Part shown: piece after piece, positions 37,240-46,953 of the stretch
How the letters are laid out: every line of letters begins with the position of its first letter
How positions within the stretch are numbered: position 1 is the stretch's first letter
From: a virus
Taxonomy: Duplodnaviria; Caudoviricetes
Length of the DNA stretch: 64,000 nt
Reading direction: 5' to 3' (one strand)
IMG/VR virus record: IMGVR_UViG_3300021093_000004
Notes under the pieces: model-generated
The model's database searches: none
What the model was told of the DNA's origin: nothing
The model's input: only the letters and a program-made list of their open reading frames with translations
Position numbers and translations under genes: made by a program

Positions 37240-38553
37240 GTGCCAATCATCCGACAAATGCCGGGGCTTTATCTCCGGGGGTCTATCGCTAACATTACCA
37301 TGGTGGGACTGTCTCCAGAGGAGAAAGCTCACATCGAGCTAGTTTTCGATCACGTCATCCACCACGAAGAGATGGTGCGGCACAAACAGAAGGTTATGAA
37401 GGAATTTGGTGTCACAATTCGTGCCGACTATGCCGACGATCGAGCCGCCGCTGAGCAAGAATTCAATATCGCCGTCTGGCGTGGGCTTGTCAGCATCTTC
37501 TATCACCGCACTTACGAATTCGAATGTACGAATTGCGGCGCGACCGCCAGCCTGACCCAACGCGGCAAGCCCAAGCCCATCGACCGAATGGTAACTCCGT
37601 GCCCAGTTTGCCACATGGCTGAAATCGTTGACCCCGGATGCTCTGACCACAATCCGGGCGATCTTGTCAATTACACCGAACTCCAAGAGCGTTATAAGCT
37701 CGTCGGGTTCGGGACGCCGACGTTCAAGAGCTGCATTCGGCCCATCCCGAAAGAGAAGAAATACGATAACCCAGACGAGATCATCGGGTGTCCCAAGCAG
37801 TTGAAACGATTCTTCGGCGAGTTCGTCTGGAATTACTTCCGCCAGCAGATTAAAGAGAACAAGCGGAAAGAACACAACAAGACGCCGGTGGAAATCACTG
37901 GCCCAGCAGATCAAATGATCGTCGAACTCATCTTGAGTCTCTGCTCACGAATGAATGTCGATTACAACCGGCACCACAAAGTCGAGCCGGTGAATGGCCG
38001 ATACACGATCGATCTGCTTGGCCTGCTCACGCCACCGGAATTTTCGATCGAACTCGCCCTTGTTCGAGTGTTGGCCGAAAGCCATGGAGTCGTCGTGACT
38101 ACCACGGCTCAAGCGATCGAAATAGCAGTTCACCCTAATCCTCCGACAATCAAAGTGTCGATAGTTCGTGCTGCGCATGTTACCATCATTGATAACCAAC
38201 TGACCGTGACTGACGATGAAGAGAATTCGGGATTCTCAATCAGTCAAGTCAGTTACAAGACTGTAGGAGCAAGACGAATGGACCAAGATGATCACGTGCA
38301 GACCACAGATATCAGGGAAGCCGCGACTAGGACGCGGGCAGCACTTCCTGATGGAGATTGCCAATCTGTCTACGACATTTATTGTCAGATCGGACCAGTA
38401 TACGATAAATTCTCTGAAGTCTACGGCAACGGAACGCCGAGAATTAATCACATCGCTGATTTTCTCGGCATCACCGCACGAGCCGTGAAGCAGTGTCGCG
38501 ATGTTATCCAAGTTCAGTGTCTTGCGAATGATTTCGTTCCGGCATCAACTTAG
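37240..38553 (+). CDS. sigma70-like factor with Zn-ribbon insertion
   Basis: GTG after GGAG; AEQEFNIAVW and FGEFVWNYFRQ (region 2-like) separated by CTNC..CPVC; C-terminal LPDGDCQSVY...IADFLGITARAVKQ (region 4 HTH). Confidence 0.55.
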   Translation: MPIIRQMPGLYLRGSIANITMVGLSPEEKAHIELVFDHVIHHEEMVRHKQKVMKEFGVTIRADYADDRAAAEQEFNIAVWRGLVSIFYHRTYEFECTNCGATASLTQRGKPKPIDRMVTPCPVCHMAEIVDPGCSDHNPGDLVNYTELQERYKLVGFGTPTFKSCIRPIPKEKKYDNPDEIIGCPKQLKRFFGEFVWNYFRQQIKENKRKEHNKTPVEITGPADQMIVELILSLCSRMNVDYNRHHKVEPVNGRYTIDLLGLLTPPEFSIELALVRVLAESHGVVVTTTAQAIEIAVHPNPPTIKVSIVRAAHVTIIDNQLTVTDDEENSGFSISQVSYKTVGARRMDQDDHVQTTDIREAATRTRAALPDGDCQSVYDIYCQIGPVYDKFSEVYGNGTPRINHIADFLGITARAVKQCRDVIQVQCLANDFVPAST

Positions 38554-39288
38554 AGAGCCGATCTTGACACCAGTAGTTTTTGGGTGATCCCAGTTTATCT
38601 CGGATCGCCCAAAATCAAAAAATCCGGGGGATTTGCCTTTGAAGGCTACATTACCACCGTGTGGATCTTGAGACAGGACCCCCGTCCTTTGTTGTATATC
38701 ATATAATCCTTGAACAATACTGTATACGGCTTTCTGCGTAGACTCATCTCCTTGATATGTTTTTGGAAGATGCTTCGACGTTACTATCGAGATGATCTGA
38801 TCTGGGTCTTGGATAAGTCCGGGGTTGTGATCTAAATAATCATACACAGCGTTGGCTGCTACACGATATCGCTTTCCTACGCCTGTCGACAGTCTTTCCA
38901 TTGCTATTACATATAATTCCGATTTCCCAGATTTCATCAGTGGATTCGGAAATGATTTTACCAATTTCACATCATAAATCGACGCCGCATTTGGCGAATC
39001 ATGCCCTTTCATAACAGCAGCAGCCGATGCTTCTTTGCGATCTGTGGTGAATTTCAAGATATAACGATCGCCCACAGGATACGCTCTTCCAGCCCCACCG
39101 GCCATTGATGATCCAATCTTACCATCGATTCCAAGCGAGTTGATCCATGATTGGAAGCGGGGGTCGTCTAAGATTGAGTCGGCCCACTCTTCAGGCCACG
39201 AAGCCTCCATTATCGGACCGCAATCATAGAGCCGGAGTGCGGTCAAAAACATTTCAGGAATATAAGAATGAATGTTACGTAGTTTCAT
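38545..39288 (-). CDS. protein kinase-like (APH/choline kinase fold) phosphotransferase
   Basis: AGGAGRAY Gly loop, ILKFT, KE, QDPHGGNV, FFDFG. Confidence 0.75.
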   Translation of the reverse strand: MKLRNIHSYIPEMFLTALRLYDCGPIMEASWPEEWADSILDDPRFQSWINSLGIDGKIGSSMAGGAGRAYPVGDRYILKFTTDRKEASAAAVMKGHDSPNAASIYDVKLVKSFPNPLMKSGKSELYVIAMERLSTGVGKRYRVAANAVYDYLDHNPGLIQDPDQIISIVTSKHLPKTYQGDESTQKAVYSIVQGLYDIQQRTGVLSQDPHGGNVAFKGKSPGFFDFGRSEINWDHPKTTGVKIGSLS

Positions 39289-39502
39289 AATGGCGTCCGT
39301 CGCAGTCGTCGGAGATTTTCCAAGGCGAACACGTTCATTGCGGCTAAAAATATGTTTGGAGGAACCGATGAAATTTGAAAAATCCGAAATCTTCGATTAT
39401 TATTACCGCACGTAATTTGGTTAATCTACACTATGCATTTTATCCCATCTTCGTGTCTGGGATCTGCTTCGTCTAGAAAACTTCCATTCAGATATCGATT
39501 GT

Positions 39503-40189
39503 TTAGTCATTTTCTATAAACATTTTTAAGAGTTCATTAGCCAAATAATCTCCTGCATCTCGATCAGAGGGATAGTGAAAACCTGCTTTTACACGATAAT
39601 CACCAAGCTCCTTGCCTAATTTGGCGAGATCCTTTTTATGTTTTGGATACAGTTTCGATAACCATTTTGCCATAAAAGTCCCGATTACTGCGTGTGTCGA
39701 AGGATAAGAGGGTGAGCCGGTGGTGTTTCCCTTTGGTATTGTCCTGTCTTTCATAGATTTCAGAAGTTGATAAGGTCTTGCTCGGTCATATTTAACTTTG
39801 TGTTTCAAACTTATTGTGGAAAGTTCTTTTGAAACTTTACTAATTTTTTTGACTAATTGTTTATTTATCTCAACGTCTTTTTTTTGTAGTAAATCTACAA
39901 ACAATAATTCAATATCAGGAACATCTTGTTTTTTAATTTTATTCAAATCTTCCGCAGAATTTGCGTCGAGATAATCTAGAATTACTTCTAGTTCTTTTTG
40001 AGTTTTTGGACTTTCGTTTTTGGGTGGTTGCGGTAATTCTATTTCTTGCCATTTTGGGTTAAAATGCTTGACGGGCTTATCAATCAAATGTGCATCTTGT
40101 TTAAGCTTGCCATATCTCAAATCGGATAGTGGGGTTTTGCCCTCCAGAAGACGTGATGATTTGTCTAACGCAATTTCCGATAAAAGCAT
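39503..40189 (-). CDS. PAP2/haloperoxidase-family acid phosphatase
   Basis: KVKYDRARP, SYPSTH, YRVKAGFHYPSD. Confidence 0.88.
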   Translation of the reverse strand: MLLSEIALDKSSRLLEGKTPLSDLRYGKLKQDAHLIDKPVKHFNPKWQEIELPQPPKNESPKTQKELEVILDYLDANSAEDLNKIKKQDVPDIELLFVDLLQKKDVEINKQLVKKISKVSKELSTISLKHKVKYDRARPYQLLKSMKDRTIPKGNTTGSPSYPSTHAVIGTFMAKWLSKLYPKHKKDLAKLGKELGDYRVKAGFHYPSDRDAGDYLANELLKMFIEND

Positions 40190-40215
40190 GTTAATACCCT
40201 AAACTGGTGTCATGG

Positions 40216-40517
40216 CCGGAACGTGTGAAGAATTGTTGTGACATACCCATAATACCTGAATTAAGAATTAATAATAGTAATACCATATTTATCAATATCT
40301 TGTTGCAAATCGGGCAGCTTCTTCCATGCAGTAACTCTTAGTTTTGAAAGTAACAAAGTTTTTAAACCAATAATCTCAAATTCGTCGTCGCCAAGTGCAA
40401 CAAATGTATTATTGTTGTAATTAAAAATCACTTCCTTTTCGTAATGACTTTTAAGTGTAAAAGAAAAAATCTTTACGTGCCATAACCGGAACGTGTGAAG
40501 AATTGTTGTGGCATACC
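40216..40517. repeat. 32-bp direct repeat (31/32 identical) at 40216-40247 and 40486-40517, 270 bp apart
   Basis: ccggaacgtgtgaagaattgttgtg(a/g)catacc; both copies encode GM(S/P)QQFFTRSG on the minus strand. Confidence 0.92.
40261..40431 (-). CDS. 56-aa AT-rich ORF inside the direct-repeat-flanked insert
   Basis: GTG start after aaggaa; VIFNYNNNTFVALGDDEFEIIGLKTLLLSKLRVTAWKKLPDLQQDIDKYGITIINS; below the ORF-track cutoff. Confidence 0.5.
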   Translation of the reverse strand: MIFNYNNNTFVALGDDEFEIIGLKTLLLSKLRVTAWKKLPDLQQDIDKYGITIINS

Positions 40518-41039
40518 AGCTAATGTCTGTTTCGCAGCATATGGTTCTCCAGGTGGCCGATACGGGACAGTTGTCGGGTTCAAATCGACATACCCATCTT
40601 CGTGATCACCCAGAACACGAGTAATAAAATGAACTACTCGCCGTGGAGTTGTCTGCTTTCTGGCAGTTGCGAATGTACCAATCCCTTCTGGCACTCGAAT
40701 TGCACCCATCCTGATTTGGCGAGATAGATCGTGTAGACTATTGTGGTATGTCTCGCCAAGATACATCCGATGGCTGCCAAGAATAAACATGTTCCAGCCA
40801 AGAACAGCTCGACCAAGTGAAGTATCAATTTCTTTTGCGTGCGGAACGACCTCGATCTTGTTCGATAGAATCGGGATAGTCAATGCAAGATCTTGAATTA
40901 TCGCCGGATACATTTGACGGTCGAAACTCTCAGTAAATCCCTTGTCGAAGAAATACTTAATCAACAATCGACGTACAATATCTGTATTGGCTACGTGCTT
41001 GATACGATCGATTGTGTACGAATCAAGTTGTTGAATCAT
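40473..41039 (-). CDS. hypothetical protein
   Basis: 188-aa ORF with GAGGAG SD. Confidence 0.7.
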   Translation of the reverse strand: MIQQLDSYTIDRIKHVANTDIVRRLLIKYFFDKGFTESFDRQMYPAIIQDLALTIPILSNKIEVVPHAKEIDTSLGRAVLGWNMFILGSHRMYLGETYHNSLHDLSRQIRMGAIRVPEGIGTFATARKQTTPRRVVHFITRVLGDHEDGYVDLNPTTVPYRPPGEPYAAKQTLAGMPQQFFTRSGYGT

Positions 41040-41066
41040 ATAGCTCCTCTCGATATATTTGTCCGG

Positions 41067-41858
41067 CTATTGGTTTTTCCGTCGCCTTCGAAGTCGTGTC
41101 TGCTTCTCCGCCACACCATCCTTTAATCTTCCACGAAGTTCTGCGATATACAGACGTGGAGAACTTAATAATGTAGAAGTCAGATCTTGGTAAATTTTCT
41201 TGTGGAGTCGCTGATCCAGAATGTGCTTATAGAACGCATATTGTGCAGACCGGAATCCCAACCCACGGGAGCCAGCACAATGATGATAAAACAAATCCCC
41301 ATAAATAGACGCATACACAGGATGTGGGCATAAATAATTGGTCTTGATCAACGGTAGCCAAACTTGCCGGTTGTTAATTGATTGTGGCATAGCCGCACCG
41401 ACATCCGAAATATCAATTCCCAACAGATTATTGATTCGGCTAAAATTGAAATCGACGATTTCCAGGGCTTCACGCTTCATATAGAATGCACATGGGTGCG
41501 GGAAGTTGTCGAAATTTTCGGTCCGCATTGGAGCAGCATAAAGGTAATTATGACCAAGCATGCCGTCTAATATTCTGTTCCAATCTTTCTTGATCGGCCA
41601 ACAATCACTGTCCAAAATCAAGAAGCGATCGTAATTGTTTTTCTTGAAGTATTCAACAACTACGTTGATACATTGCAAGTGGGGTAATTGTTTATTCGTG
41701 TGGTAGATGACATTTTGATATTTTGTCGAGTCATCACCATTCACGACGACACCATAGGAATAATCAGTGGTGTTGTCTGAGATAAATTGAGGCTGTAATT
41801 TTCGCCAATATTGACTATTACGATGAGCTACATGGATGGAAACTATTAAGACACTCAT
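41067..41858 (-). CDS. GT-A-like glycosyltransferase
   Basis: FLILDSDCWP (DxD), HPCAF, DVGA, FYHH. Confidence 0.65.
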   Translation of the reverse strand: MSVLIVSIHVAHRNSQYWRKLQPQFISDNTTDYSYGVVVNGDDSTKYQNVIYHTNKQLPHLQCINVVVEYFKKNNYDRFLILDSDCWPIKKDWNRILDGMLGHNYLYAAPMRTENFDNFPHPCAFYMKREALEIVDFNFSRINNLLGIDISDVGAAMPQSINNRQVWLPLIKTNYLCPHPVYASIYGDLFYHHCAGSRGLGFRSAQYAFYKHILDQRLHKKIYQDLTSTLLSSPRLYIAELRGRLKDGVAEKQTRLRRRRKNQ

Positions 41859-43672
41859 AAGACTTCAAGAGTTGAGAATCTGTCTTTACGAATGACACGC
41901 ATTTCTCGTGGAAATGTGTCGAACATAAGGTTTCGGTGTGAGATCACCAAGATAGTTTCAACTCTGTGGGCTAGATCGGTTTTGATGATATTGATTAACG
42001 CATCAATACCATCATCATCGAGACGCCCATCAACCTCATCAAGCACCAACACATTGCATTGTCGGCCATACATCTGCTCGTGAAAATCGAACATGGCCAA
42101 CATGAAAGCTACGTCTGTCCGTTTTCGCTCGCCACCAGATTCGAATTCATATCCCCACATATTACTGGTGATACCAAGAGCTTCGGTGAGCTCGATCTTA
42201 ACATCGAGGTCGAAAACCTCCAGGTAATGTTTCAAACGTGAATTAATAAATGGAATATGATCCCTGAAAATGAAGCTTTTGATCTTCGTTCGGTCGTTAT
42301 ATGCTTTATAGACATAATGATAATGTTTATTCAGCAACTCCGAACGCTTCAACTCCTGTTCGGTATCCTGAATTCCTGTCTTTGCGGTCTCTATTCGCTT
42401 TTGTACGTCAAGAATCGACGTGTCATGTGGATTTTGCTCTTTGAGAACTTTGTCGGCACTAGTCTTTAGCCGTGCGGCTTCGGTGTCGTGTTGCTTCCAA
42501 CGAGTGTGAATGCTTTTGGCATCCTCGATAGTCGTCGTTGGGCGACGATCGGCTAATGTCGCCTCGATCTGTTTGATTTTACCGGCTAATGTCGTTTGTT
42601 GTTTTTTCAATTCCGCGACAGCATTTTGCATTGCATCTCGCTGTTCGATGATGGGACCGATTTTTGCAGATACGTGATCACCGGGAATAGCCTGTTCACA
42701 TGATGCACATATTTTTCCTGATTTATGCTCCCAAAGTCGGATTTTGTCGTTGAGGCTTTGAACGTGGCCGGACATTTCGGCGATCTGCCCGCCGACTTTA
42801 TGAGATTCTCGCCGCATTTCTGATATGCGTTCTTCGATTTTTCTCACCACCGCCCACCGCTCGGCTAGTTTCGCGACATCCGGAAGCTCAATAGCATCAC
42901 GCCTTTGCGTTTCGGTGTTGGCTTGAATCTGGAGATCCTGTGTTCGTTTGGTCTTGTTCGTTACGAAGCTCTCTGATGCCGATTTTAGACGCTCTAATTC
43001 TTGCTCCAGTCGAGTGATATTCGATTTTGCGAATTCGATGGTTTGTCGTTGCTTATCGACTAATTTATCGAGGTTGTCACATTTGATTTTTGCGGCTTGC
43101 GCATAGAATGTTAGCCGATCGACGTGGAGAACTCGCTCGATGGCCTTCTTCCGAGTCGCGTCGGCCATCTCCATCCATGGCTTGCCATATTGGTTGAAAA
43201 ACACCGATCCGCAAAACACTTCCCAATCCAGACCGAAGATTCGGTTTAATTGTTGCTGCTGATTTGTCGCTGTTGATAACGTATCAGAGACCAAATTGGT
43301 CTCGTCGCCATCTTTCGAGATTAATAATTCGTTCTTGCCGTCAGTATTGCGGGTTCTGGTGATACTGTCACCATTCTTGAATACGATCTTGCCCCAGCAA
43401 TCCTTTCCTGAAAACCAATTGACGACGTTGTTGCCGGGCGTCCGAGAGTGCATAGTACGACCAAACAGTACCCATTGAATCACACTCGGAATTGTTGATT
43501 TCCCGGCACCGTTGGATTTACGAATTTGGCCGGGATTATTAGAGTAGTCTTGATCTTCGTCGATCACTTCGCCGATGATCAGGCATTGTCCTAATTTATC
43601 CAACTCGATGGTAGTAGGATAGTCACCGTAGCTTAGAAAATTCTGCCACGATACGGATTTTAATTCCAACAT
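41855..43672 (-). CDS. Rad50/SbcC/gp46-like SMC ATPase
   Basis: NFLSY, SNGAGKS (Walker A), CASC zinc hook, ESGGE, LVLDE, ISH. Confidence 0.92.
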   Translation of the reverse strand: MLELKSVSWQNFLSYGDYPTTIELDKLGQCLIIGEVIDEDQDYSNNPGQIRKSNGAGKSTIPSVIQWVLFGRTMHSRTPGNNVVNWFSGKDCWGKIVFKNGDSITRTRNTDGKNELLISKDGDETNLVSDTLSTATNQQQQLNRIFGLDWEVFCGSVFFNQYGKPWMEMADATRKKAIERVLHVDRLTFYAQAAKIKCDNLDKLVDKQRQTIEFAKSNITRLEQELERLKSASESFVTNKTKRTQDLQIQANTETQRRDAIELPDVAKLAERWAVVRKIEERISEMRRESHKVGGQIAEMSGHVQSLNDKIRLWEHKSGKICASCEQAIPGDHVSAKIGPIIEQRDAMQNAVAELKKQQTTLAGKIKQIEATLADRRPTTTIEDAKSIHTRWKQHDTEAARLKTSADKVLKEQNPHDTSILDVQKRIETAKTGIQDTEQELKRSELLNKHYHYVYKAYNDRTKIKSFIFRDHIPFINSRLKHYLEVFDLDVKIELTEALGITSNMWGYEFESGGERKRTDVAFMLAMFDFHEQMYGRQCNVLVLDEVDGRLDDDGIDALINIIKTDLAHRVETILVISHRNLMFDTFPREMRVIRKDRFSTLEVL

Positions 43673-43746
43673 ACACAGCCTTCCCAAGCGGTTAGATGAT
43701 TTTATGAATAAATACGTAACTATCTAACCGATCGGGAAAACGATTA

Positions 43747-45528
43747 TCAGACACGGACTATTGCTTCAGTGAACCAACCCGGCAACATCCGCTTTGCATC
43801 TGTAAGAAATTTATCTATTGCAGCATCAATGATATACGTGTCAGCGTGATCTGTTTCACTTCTGATGCTGCGACCATATGATTGAACCAATTTCAAGGCA
43901 GTAAGCCATGTATAATACTGTGGGTCTACCTCGACACGTCGAGCCAATTGTTCGTTATCATAGAAATTCGCATATGGAACCTTACAGATCACCTGAAATC
44001 GGCTTAAATCACCGATAAGATCGATACCTTCATGCATCGCAGGTGCGACGATCACACTGTCAGGTATCTTCGCATGGGCTTCCAGCATATTCCGCTTGTC
44101 TGGAAATTCTCGCTGGGTCAAAAGCCGCTTGGAAATAGCGGGTTTACATTTGGAAATAATGGCCTCCATAATGGCGAAATTATGTGTGTGAATAATACCG
44201 CGTTGACCCGGATATTTTTGGATAATTTCTTCGACACTTTTGACCAGTTTTGGTATCCATTCAGCCATCTTATCCTTACCACCGGTCATTTTGGCTGCTG
44301 GCTTGATATAGATGGGCCGATTCTCGACTGGGAAGCGATTCTTCATGCGGAAAGCAGCGACTTCATCACGATTCAGACCCAATGATCGACACATGACATC
44401 GACATCGAGAATCGTGGCACTCATCAGCAAGACTTTCGTACCGAACTTGAGCAGCAAGCTTTCGGCAAAATCGGTCGCATAAACCGGTTTCAATGTCAAG
44501 CTTCGCCACGTTTTGCCTTTCTCGTCCTTGGAGTTGTATTCGGCAACCCATTCAGAGCCTGCTCGTGACAAGTGGTGCATGAAGATTTCATATTTCTTCG
44601 CTAGCCGTTCGAGGTCATCGGCTTCTTTTTGGTTTTCGCCAGTATCAGCAAGATCGATTAATTCCCTGAGTATTTCCTCGAACTTGATCTCGCTGAACCA
44701 TGCTGCATAATCTAATGCAGTATCCAACTGAGGAATAAAAATGCCGTGATTTTGCAGCATCGAATCATTGATGCTCAACGACACGAAATCAAGAATTTGC
44801 GGCTCGATATTATGGGCCTCGTCGATAATCAACAAATCCCGTGGATTGAAGCGACGAGTTAGAGTAGTTTGGTACAGGAAGCTCGAAAAATTCATCAACA
44901 CCTTTTGAGCTTCGATCGCTTTAAACACTTGCTCATAGTATGGACATGTGCTGTAGCGGACATCTGGAGGTAATCGCGTGAGATCGCCCTTCGGGATTCG
45001 TGTAGACGATTTTTGTAATATCAATTGTGTCTGGGCGAAACATTTTGAACAAGAATGCTTTCGTTCTTTCTTCCCCGGTTCTCGATTGAATTTGGTTCGA
45101 CAGAATCCAGAGCCACAATCTGGTCGCTTGTGAAGATTCTCATCGAGTTCCGATTGTTTGAGAATAGTACGCCGAACGAATTCGGTACCATATCGCTGGT
45201 AGAATGTGCACGGATATGCATTCCGACCTTTCACATCAACGATGTCGTCAAAATCGCGGGTTAACTGATCCTGTAAGATTTTGGTGACGGTAAGATAATA
45301 TGATTCCGGCACCATGTCAGCAATCGTCATCCCGATAGCCGATTTACCACTACCAGTTGGACATTCGAGGATGACAATTCGCTTACCGCTATTGAAAGCA
45401 TTGATAGCGAATTCTATGCATCGTTTTTGTCCATCCCGATATGATTCCATCGGGAAATGGGCGTCTATATTTGCGACATTAAGAATTGGAAACGGGCGTA
45501 CTGGTTCTTCAACGTTTAGATCGTCCAT
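43747..45528 (-). CDS. DinG/XPD/Rad3-like SF2 helicase
   Basis: ECPTGSGKS, Cys cluster, DEAH, SAT, EGIDL, KVPY, QSYGRSIRSETD. Confidence 0.9.
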   Translation of the reverse strand: MDDLNVEEPVRPFPILNVANIDAHFPMESYRDGQKRCIEFAINAFNSGKRIVILECPTGSGKSAIGMTIADMVPESYYLTVTKILQDQLTRDFDDIVDVKGRNAYPCTFYQRYGTEFVRRTILKQSELDENLHKRPDCGSGFCRTKFNREPGKKERKHSCSKCFAQTQLILQKSSTRIPKGDLTRLPPDVRYSTCPYYEQVFKAIEAQKVLMNFSSFLYQTTLTRRFNPRDLLIIDEAHNIEPQILDFVSLSINDSMLQNHGIFIPQLDTALDYAAWFSEIKFEEILRELIDLADTGENQKEADDLERLAKKYEIFMHHLSRAGSEWVAEYNSKDEKGKTWRSLTLKPVYATDFAESLLLKFGTKVLLMSATILDVDVMCRSLGLNRDEVAAFRMKNRFPVENRPIYIKPAAKMTGGKDKMAEWIPKLVKSVEEIIQKYPGQRGIIHTHNFAIMEAIISKCKPAISKRLLTQREFPDKRNMLEAHAKIPDSVIVAPAMHEGIDLIGDLSRFQVICKVPYANFYDNEQLARRVEVDPQYYTWLTALKLVQSYGRSIRSETDHADTYIIDAAIDKFLTDAKRMLPGWFTEAIVRV

Positions 45529-45559
45529 ATATGCTCCTAACCTTTCCAACACAATGTGG

Positions 45560-46153
45560 TCACGCGATCTTTTTCGCGAGAACTATACCAACGCTGGCAG
45601 GAGCGGTTAATGTGCTAAGAATCTGCCATGTCGGAAGATTTTCGAGATAAGGCCGGATCAGAGTAGCCTTTGTGGAAGATAAACCATCTGCACGAGTTCC
45701 AAGATCCCAGTCATGCATACAGAAGTAAGTTCCGACTGGTAAATGTGGATCTAACAACTTGAAATCATTGATATTTAATTCTGGATCTTCCGGACCATCG
45801 AAAAACACGAATCCAAGTTGTGATGCTTGTCCCGATTGAATCAATTCGTTGATTAACACGGTAGATGGTTTGTTATTGAAATTGACATATGGTCGAAGGT
45901 GAGTGTTTTCAAATGCCGCAACAGCTTCATTGAAAAGATTTAGATCAACTTCGCAAGTATGTAATAATCGTGCACTCCATGTGCCATGCTCATAGAGAGC
46001 AGAAGTTATGTGAAGTGTAGAACCTCCACCCTTCCAAGTTCCGACTTCGAGTGCTACTACCGGGTTTCGCTCACGAACGGCTTCATATAAGAATCTCCGT
46101 TCTTCTGGCCACATTTGACCTTCCATTGAACGATGAGGCATCATCTTAGTCAC
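45560..46153 (-). CDS. class I SAM-dependent methyltransferase
   Basis: LEVGTWKGGGST, FFDG, MHD. Confidence 0.75.
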   Translation of the reverse strand: MTKMMPHRSMEGQMWPEERRFLYEAVRERNPVVALEVGTWKGGGSTLHITSALYEHGTWSARLLHTCEVDLNLFNEAVAAFENTHLRPYVNFNNKPSTVLINELIQSGQASQLGFVFFDGPEDPELNINDFKLLDPHLPVGTYFCMHDWDLGTRADGLSSTKATLIRPYLENLPTWQILSTLTAPASVGIVLAKKIA

Positions 46154-46767
46154 TTTCTTGTGATTTCAAACATATGGTCTTCGCCGCTCCCAGATAACCC
46201 AATATGAGCACAACTGAAAGTTGCTGGAATTAATTTGAACAGATCATCAGGCACTCTGGCCAGCCACACGTGACGCTCGTTCGGAACTGCATCGGACAGC
46301 GGAGTAACCACATACACTTTCCCCCCAGATGTCATTCTGTCTGCGAGACGTGTGAATAACCTTGTCACCTGATCTGGATAAATGTGTTCGACGACATCAA
46401 ACGCGATGACATGTGAAATGGTCAGATTCAGATATTGAAGAATATTTTCGATATCATCGCAAATTTGGATGATTTTCCTCTGAGTTTCGAGCGACTCTTG
46501 TTTGAGCCATTCCATGAACATGATAACAGCATCATAACTGTAATCGATTGATAGGACACCATCCACCTGCGGAAGTCTTGCGGCTCGTATGCTCAATTCA
46601 CCACGTCCAAAACCCAGATCAAGGACAACGCCACTAATTCGTGGTGCGATCCAATGTTCGAAATTTTTCAACCGTGGGCTGAGAGATTCGACGTTATTCT
46701 CGAATCCTTCGCAACTGGTTTCGTAATAATGTCGATCGTATAGACCGCGAGGGGGACTGCTGGACAT
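46150..46767 (-). CDS. class I SAM-dependent methyltransferase
   Basis: VLDLGFGRG, IDYS, DVVEHI. Confidence 0.8.
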   Translation of the reverse strand: MSSSPPRGLYDRHYYETSCEGFENNVESLSPRLKNFEHWIAPRISGVVLDLGFGRGELSIRAARLPQVDGVLSIDYSYDAVIMFMEWLKQESLETQRKIIQICDDIENILQYLNLTISHVIAFDVVEHIYPDQVTRLFTRLADRMTSGGKVYVVTPLSDAVPNERHVWLARVPDDLFKLIPATFSCAHIGLSGSGEDHMFEITRK

Positions 46768-46953
46768 CGTAACCTCTTTTATCAGTTATGAGACTCCGAA
46801 ACTCCGCTCTCTTGAATCAACTTGACTACTCGCTGAATGTTTCATGCTAAGCATGATACTCTTTTCGGGTCCGATTCATAAATCACCATTAAGATAAATA
46901 CTTTTTTGAAGTATTAAAATACTGCGTATTATATTTTAATTGGAGTTTTCGTT

